Shown here: positions 59,147 through 64,000 of the stretch, in pieces | How positions within the stretch are numbered: position 1 is the stretch's first letter | Layout: every line of letters starts with the position of its first letter | From: Acidobacteriota bacterium | GTDB taxonomy: Bacteria > Acidobacteriota > UBA890 > WLXD01 | DNA length: 64,000 nt | Direction of reading: 5' to 3' | Assembly: GCA_963666215.2 (NCBI GenBank) | Contig: CAXWPL010000003.1 | Span: 224,001 to 288,000, forward strand | Position numbers and translations under genes: made by a program | The notes under the pieces: generated by a model | Seen by the model: the letters and a program-made list of their open reading frames with translations, nothing else | What the model was told of the DNA's origin: nothing | Databases searched by the model: none

Positions 59147-61624
59147 ATGGACGCTCTGATTCACGATCTCCGGTTCGCCGCCCGCCAGCTTTGGAAAGAC
59201 AAGCCGTTTCTTGCTACGGCTGGATTGACGCTGGCGCTGTGCATTGGCGCGAACGCGACCATCTTCAGTGTCGTGAACTCGGTGCTACTCAAGCCGCTGG
59301 ACGTGCCGGAGCCCGAGCGCCTCGTGCGCATGTACAACGCGTATCCCGCGGCGATGGCCAACCCGGGCTCCGGCAGGCTGCGCGGTAGCAACGGGGTGCC
59401 GGACTACTACGACCGGCGGGCGCTCAGCGACATGTTCGCGGAGTTAGCTGTGTACAGCGCCACCGGCTTCAGCCTCGAGATCGAGGGCACGCCACAACGC
59501 GTCACCGGCCAGGAGGTGTCGCCGTCGTTCTTCCCGCTGCTGGGCGCATCGGCGGCCGTCGGTCGCACGTTCACCGAGGACGAGGGCGAGATCGGCAACA
59601 ACAAGGTCGTGGTTCTCAGCCATGGGCTCTGGCGGGAGCTCTACGGCGGCGATCCCTCGGTGGTCGGTAACACAATGCGTATCGACGCCGAACCGTTCGT
59701 CATCGTCGGGGTGATGCCGCAGGACTTCGTCTTCATCAACCCCGACGTGCGGCTATGGGCGGCCGCGGCCTTCACGCCTCAACAGCGGCAGCAGTATCAC
59801 AGCAACAGCTGGCAGATGATCGCGCGGTTGCAGCCCGACGCGACGATCGAGCGCGCCCAGGAGCAGATCGACGCTCTGAACGCCGCCAACATGGACAAGA
59901 TGCCGAGCCTCAAGCCGCTGCTGATCGATGCGGGCTTCCATACGCCGCTCTACTTCTTGCAGGAGGATCTGACGTTCGATATCAGCGGCACGCTGTACCT
60001 GCTCTGGGGCGGCGTCGGGTTCGTGCTGTTGATCGGAGCCGTCAACGTTGCCAACCTGGTGCTCGTTCGCTCCACGGCGCGCACCCGAGAGCTTGCCACC
60101 CGCTTCGCGCTGGGAGCACGGCGCGGCCGCGTGGCGCGGCAGCTGCTCACCGAGATCATCGTGCTGACGCTGGTCGGCGGCGCCGCCGGATTGGGCGTTG
60201 GATGGCTCGGGCTGCAGGCGCTGACCTCGCTGGGCATCGATCAGCTGCCGCGCTCCGGCGAGATTGGTCTCGACATGACGGCGGTGGCGTTCACGATGGG
60301 ACTGGCGCTGCTCATCGGTTGTGTCGTGGCTCTGATTCCGGCGGCCACGCTGCTGCGTCTGGATCTCAGCTCGGTGTTCCGCGAGGAGGGCCGTAGCGGT
60401 ACGGCCGGGCGCGGCGTGCGTACCCTGCGCAAGGGCATGGTTGTAGCGCAGGTGGCGTTCGCGTTGATGTTGCTGGTTGGCGCCGGCCTGCTGATGGCGA
60501 GCTTTCGTGAGGTGCTCAACGTCGATCCAGGCTTCGAGCCGCGCGGCGTGCTCACCGGCAGCCTGACACTCACCGCCGCCACTTACCCCGAAGACGGCGA
60601 CCTCGTTACGTTCACCCGCACGCTCATCGAGCGCGTCAGCGCGCTCCCGGGGGTGGATGCCGTTGCGGCAACCACCCAGATCCCCTTCGGCAACAGCTCC
60701 AACGACAGTGTGATCTTCGCCGAGGGTTATGTCCCGGAACCTGGAGAGGCCGTGGTCTCGCCGTTGCAGAACGTCGTCACGCCGGGCTACTTCGAGGCGA
60801 TGGGTATCGAGGTGCTGCGCGGGCGTAGCTTCGACTCGCGCGACACCGCCGACGGGCAGCCGGTGATCGTTGTCGACGAGCAACTGGCGGACCGCTTCTG
60901 GCCTGATGGCAGCGCCCTGGGCTCGCGCATGTGGATGCCGACCAGCGTCGAGGACGTCACCAACAGCGACAACGCCACCTTCCTCGAGGTTGTCGGTGTG
61001 GTAGCGCGGATCCGCACCCGAGGTCTCGATGCGGGCCCGTCGAACACCGGCGCCTACTACTTCGCGTACGAGCAGAGCGCGCGCCGCTCACTTGACGTCG
61101 TCTTCACCACCAGCGGCGAGCCGCGGGCACTCATCGCATCGGTGCGTCAGGCCATCGCGGAGATCGACCGGGACCTGCCGCTTTTCGACGTGCGCACGAT
61201 GCAGGAACGTATCGACGCCTCGCTCGTCAATCGCCGCACCCCGATGCTGTTGACTGCCGGGTTCAGCGTGGTCGCTCTGCTGCTGGCTGCGGTCGGCATC
61301 TACGGTGTGTTGGCGTATCTGGTGCAGCTGCGAACACGGGAGATCGGCATTCGCGTTGCCCTGGGCAGCGCCGCCCCGGCCATCTTCAAGACCGTGCTCG
61401 GTGAAGGTGCGCTGATCGTGGCTGCCGGGCTGCTACTGGGCGCGGGCGGAACCGTGCTCCTGGGACGGTTCATCGAGACCCAACTCTACGGCGTCTCGAC
61501 GATGGATCCGGCGGTGCTCGGCCTCGTCGCCACACTGCTAGCGGTGGTGGCAATGGTGGCCTGCCTCGTCCCGGCCCGACGCGCCACCCGTATCGATCCG
61601 GTCGCGGCGCTGGCTCAAGACTGA
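59147..61624 (+). CDS. Duplicated MacB/FtsX-type ABC permease (ADOP family)
   Basis: DLRFAARQL, TLALCIGANATIFSVV, two FtsX domains (RTRELATRFALGA; RTREIGIRVALG), PARRATRIDP; no adjacent ATPase. Confidence 0.93.
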   Translation: MDALIHDLRFAARQLWKDKPFLATAGLTLALCIGANATIFSVVNSVLLKPLDVPEPERLVRMYNAYPAAMANPGSGRLRGSNGVPDYYDRRALSDMFAELAVYSATGFSLEIEGTPQRVTGQEVSPSFFPLLGASAAVGRTFTEDEGEIGNNKVVVLSHGLWRELYGGDPSVVGNTMRIDAEPFVIVGVMPQDFVFINPDVRLWAAAAFTPQQRQQYHSNSWQMIARLQPDATIERAQEQIDALNAANMDKMPSLKPLLIDAGFHTPLYFLQEDLTFDISGTLYLLWGGVGFVLLIGAVNVANLVLVRSTARTRELATRFALGARRGRVARQLLTEIIVLTLVGGAAGLGVGWLGLQALTSLGIDQLPRSGEIGLDMTAVAFTMGLALLIGCVVALIPAATLLRLDLSSVFREEGRSGTAGRGVRTLRKGMVVAQVAFALMLLVGAGLLMASFREVLNVDPGFEPRGVLTGSLTLTAATYPEDGDLVTFTRTLIERVSALPGVDAVAATTQIPFGNSSNDSVIFAEGYVPEPGEAVVSPLQNVVTPGYFEAMGIEVLRGRSFDSRDTADGQPVIVVDEQLADRFWPDGSALGSRMWMPTSVEDVTNSDNATFLEVVGVVARIRTRGLDAGPSNTGAYYFAYEQSARRSLDVVFTTSGEPRALIASVRQAIAEIDRDLPLFDVRTMQERIDASLVNRRTPMLLTAGFSVVALLLAAVGIYGVLAYLVQLRTREIGIRVALGSAAPAIFKTVLGEGALIVAAGLLLGAGGTVLLGRFIETQLYGVSTMDPAVLGLVATLLAVVAMVACLVPARRATRIDPVAALAQD

Positions 61625-61739
61625 ACGACGACGGCACGGTGAGGAAACTCACCGGGCCGGCACGGGCGTTGCTCGAGGTGGTTGCGGAGCAGCCTCAGGT
61701 CGCCGCCGAGGCGCTTTTCTAGGCGCGCCTCGCCGGACC

Positions 61740-64000
61740 TCAGAGTTGCCCGACAGCGGGGATGTTCGCCTCGATCACGCGTCGGTTGAGCTCCCCGAGG
61801 TCCTCCTGAACCAGCGTCTCGAGGCCGCCGAGCTGCTCCTCGAGCTCGTTGGCCAGGCGCTCGAGCCAGTTGGCCTGGGACTGCGTGGGGGCAGCGGAGG
61901 CTCGCCCCACGGCCGATGCCAGAGAGCGTAGCTTCTCGTGGATCTCGGGGCCGGCAGTGTAGGGTCCGGTCGGCCCACTGTCGGCGCCTGGAGGTCGCTG
62001 GTTGGTGATCCGAGATCTGATCTCCTCGAAGCGCGTGGCGAGGTCGTGGGCGGCGCTCGCGAGATCGCCCCCCACGTCGGCGTCAGCCTCGTCGGAGTCG
62101 TCGTCGGAGGCGGACTCGGAATCGTTGTCGTCGCCAAGCCGATCGCCGAGTGACCGCAGTTGCCCCACGACGTCGTCGATGAGCTCGATCCCCTTCTGTG
62201 ATCGGGCGCGCAGCTCAACCAGTCGCAGCAGCGCGTCGCGCTGTGCGACGAGATCCTGTACCGAGACCTCCACGCGCGGGTCCATGCGCACCTCGAGCTC
62301 GGTCGCCGACTCCTTCCCTGCCGCCTTCAACACCACCCGATAGGTCCCTGGAATCACCAGCGGTGGCGGCGATCCTGATCCCGGGAAGGGAGCTGTTGCT
62401 GCTGGCGCCTCTTCCGACTGGTGCCGCAGGTTCCACACCACGCGGTTGATCCCCCCTTCGGCCGGCGCCTCGAGGGTACGAACAACCTCGCCGTCGGCCG
62501 ACTCGATGGTGATCGCGATCGCGGACTCAGCGTTGGCGTCGCCATCGGCGGACTCCTCGGAGGGAGTCTCTTCAGAGGCCGCGTCTTCGGAGGAAGCGGA
62601 TGCGTCGGCTTCGGCCTCGAGATCCAAGCCAGGAGGCACGAAGTAAGAGATCACGGCGCCGTAGGGCGGGTTGGCGCCGACGAAGACCTTGTCTCCCAGG
62701 TCAACGCGCAGCTCGCGTGTGTAGGGTTGAAATCGCGTCGCCGTGCGAAGTCCGAACAGGTGCACCTCGTCGCTCTCGGCCTCCGCTTCAGCGAAATGCT
62801 GCAGCGGCGTGATGTCGTCGAGAATGAGGATCGAGCGCCCGTGTGTGCCAATGATCAGGTCGTTGTCGCGCGGGTGGATCAGGATGTCGCGTACCGCCAC
62901 CGGCGGGAGCCCGAGACGCAGCGAGGTCCATGCCCGAGCCTCCGAGTCCCCGCTATCGAGACCATCGAGACCATCGGGGCCCCACGACACGAAGATTCCC
63001 AGCTCTGTACCAACGAACAACAGGTCGGGATTGCGCGGATCCTCTCGCACGACGTGCACGTAGCCCGGATCGGGAAGGCCGGAGCCGATGTCGGTCCAGC
63101 TCTCGCCGAAGTCGGTGGTCATGAACAGATACGGCGCGAAATCGTCGAGCCGATGCCTGTCGAAGGCAACGTAGGCCGTGCCCGCGTCGCGCCGCGACGC
63201 CTCGATGCGCGAAACCCACGACGCCGGCGGCATTGGCATGTTGCCGATGAGGTTGGTCCAAGTGGTTCCACCATCGCGCGTGAGCTGCACGTTGCCGTCG
63301 TCGGTACCGACCCAGATCACCCCCGCCTGCATTGGCGACTCGGCGATCGTGTAGATCGTGGTGTGGTACTCGGCCGTGGTGTTGTCGGCCGTGATGGGTC
63401 CGCCGGACGAGACCTGTTTCTCTTCGTCGTTGGTGGTGAGGTCGGGGCTGATCTCCTCCCACGAATCGCCGCCGTCGTCGGTGCGGAACAGGACGTTGCT
63501 TCCCAAGTAAACGGTTTTCGGACTGTGCGGCGAGATCAGGATCGGCGAGTTCCAGTTGAAGCGGTACGGGTGCTCGCCAACGGCGCCGCCCGAAAACGGA
63601 TACGGGGAAATCGACCGTTGCTCGTTGGTGCTCAGGTCAACCCGCAGGATGCGGCCCCCCTGGGAACCGGCATAAACGATGTTGTGGTCGCTGGGGTCGG
63701 GCTGTATGTAAGTGCCGTCGCCGTACTGCACGTGGTACCAGTCGGCTTCGAGGATGCCCGTGCTGGTCATCGTGTTGCTCGGCCCGCACCAGGCGTCGTT
63801 GTCCTGGAAGCCAGCGCAAACAAAGTACGGGTCCCGCATGTCGGCGCCGATCTGGTAGACCTGCTGCAGCGGCAGGTTGTTGACCACCTCCCAGGTCTCA
63901 CCACCGTTGTACGAGTAGGCAATGCCGCCGTCGTTGCCGTCGACCACCATCATCGGGTCGTCGGGGTTGATCCAGAACGACTGGTGATCGCCGTGGTGCG
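61740..64000 (-). CDS. VPS10/BNR (Asp-box) repeat beta-propeller protein with a C-terminal coiled coil; 5' end outside the window
   Basis: Asp boxes SYNGGETW, TDDGGDSW, TRDGGTTW and TTDFGESW; ISPDLT; GTHGRS. Confidence 0.88.
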   Translation of the reverse strand, partial: HHGDHQSFWINPDDPMMVVDGNDGGIAYSYNGGETWEVVNNLPLQQVYQIGADMRDPYFVCAGFQDNDAWCGPSNTMTSTGILEADWYHVQYGDGTYIQPDPSDHNIVYAGSQGGRILRVDLSTNEQRSISPYPFSGGAVGEHPYRFNWNSPILISPHSPKTVYLGSNVLFRTDDGGDSWEEISPDLTTNDEEKQVSSGGPITADNTTAEYHTTIYTIAESPMQAGVIWVGTDDGNVQLTRDGGTTWTNLIGNMPMPPASWVSRIEASRRDAGTAYVAFDRHRLDDFAPYLFMTTDFGESWTDIGSGLPDPGYVHVVREDPRNPDLLFVGTELGIFVSWGPDGLDGLDSGDSEARAWTSLRLGLPPVAVRDILIHPRDNDLIIGTHGRSILILDDITPLQHFAEAEAESDEVHLFGLRTATRFQPYTRELRVDLGDKVFVGANPPYGAVISYFVPPGLDLEAEADASASSEDAASEETPSEESADGDANAESAIAITIESADGEVVRTLEAPAEGGINRVVWNLRHQSEEAPAATAPFPGSGSPPPLVIPGTYRVVLKAAGKESATELEVRMDPRVEVSVQDLVAQRDALLRLVELRARSQKGIELIDDVVGQLRSLGDRLGDDNDSESASDDDSDEADADVGGDLASAAHDLATRFEEIRSRITNQRPPGADSGPTGPYTAGPEIHEKLRSLASAVGRASAAPTQSQANWLERLANELEEQLGGLETLVQEDLGELNRRVIEANIPAVGQL

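Overview
GC-rich, mostly housekeeping bacterial chromosome segment. A GWxTD-domain protein, a duplicated orphan (ADOP-type) permease, a VPS10/BNR-repeat protein and a long LptC/LptA-like protein suggest Acidobacteriota (inference). In order, the window holds: the end of a split lptCA-lptB-rpoN-hpf-hprK-EIIA operon, interrupted by an oppositely oriented MshEN + HEAT-repeat + HD-GYP module; an envelope cluster with a Ser-type transglutaminase-like protein, a catalytically dead amidohydrolase and two lipoproteins; acs; tRNA-Ala; a complete S10-spc-alpha ribosomal protein superoperon, preceded by tuf and four tRNAs in an unusual and probably chimeric order, with a frameshift at the tuf 5' end; rlmB, gltX, three glycosyltransferases, rpsU, purDE and rlmN; a lipid A/Kdo cluster ending in an ICMT/PEMT-family methyltransferase; a junction of two truncated convergent genes; an ADOP permease; and a partial VPS10-type gene. 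No CRISPR array, rRNA, transposase or integrase was seen. The best candidate for an undescribed system is the 4351-8760 module, whose two large proteins appear to share an unnamed N-terminal domain. All calls come from reading motifs by eye; no database searches were run.
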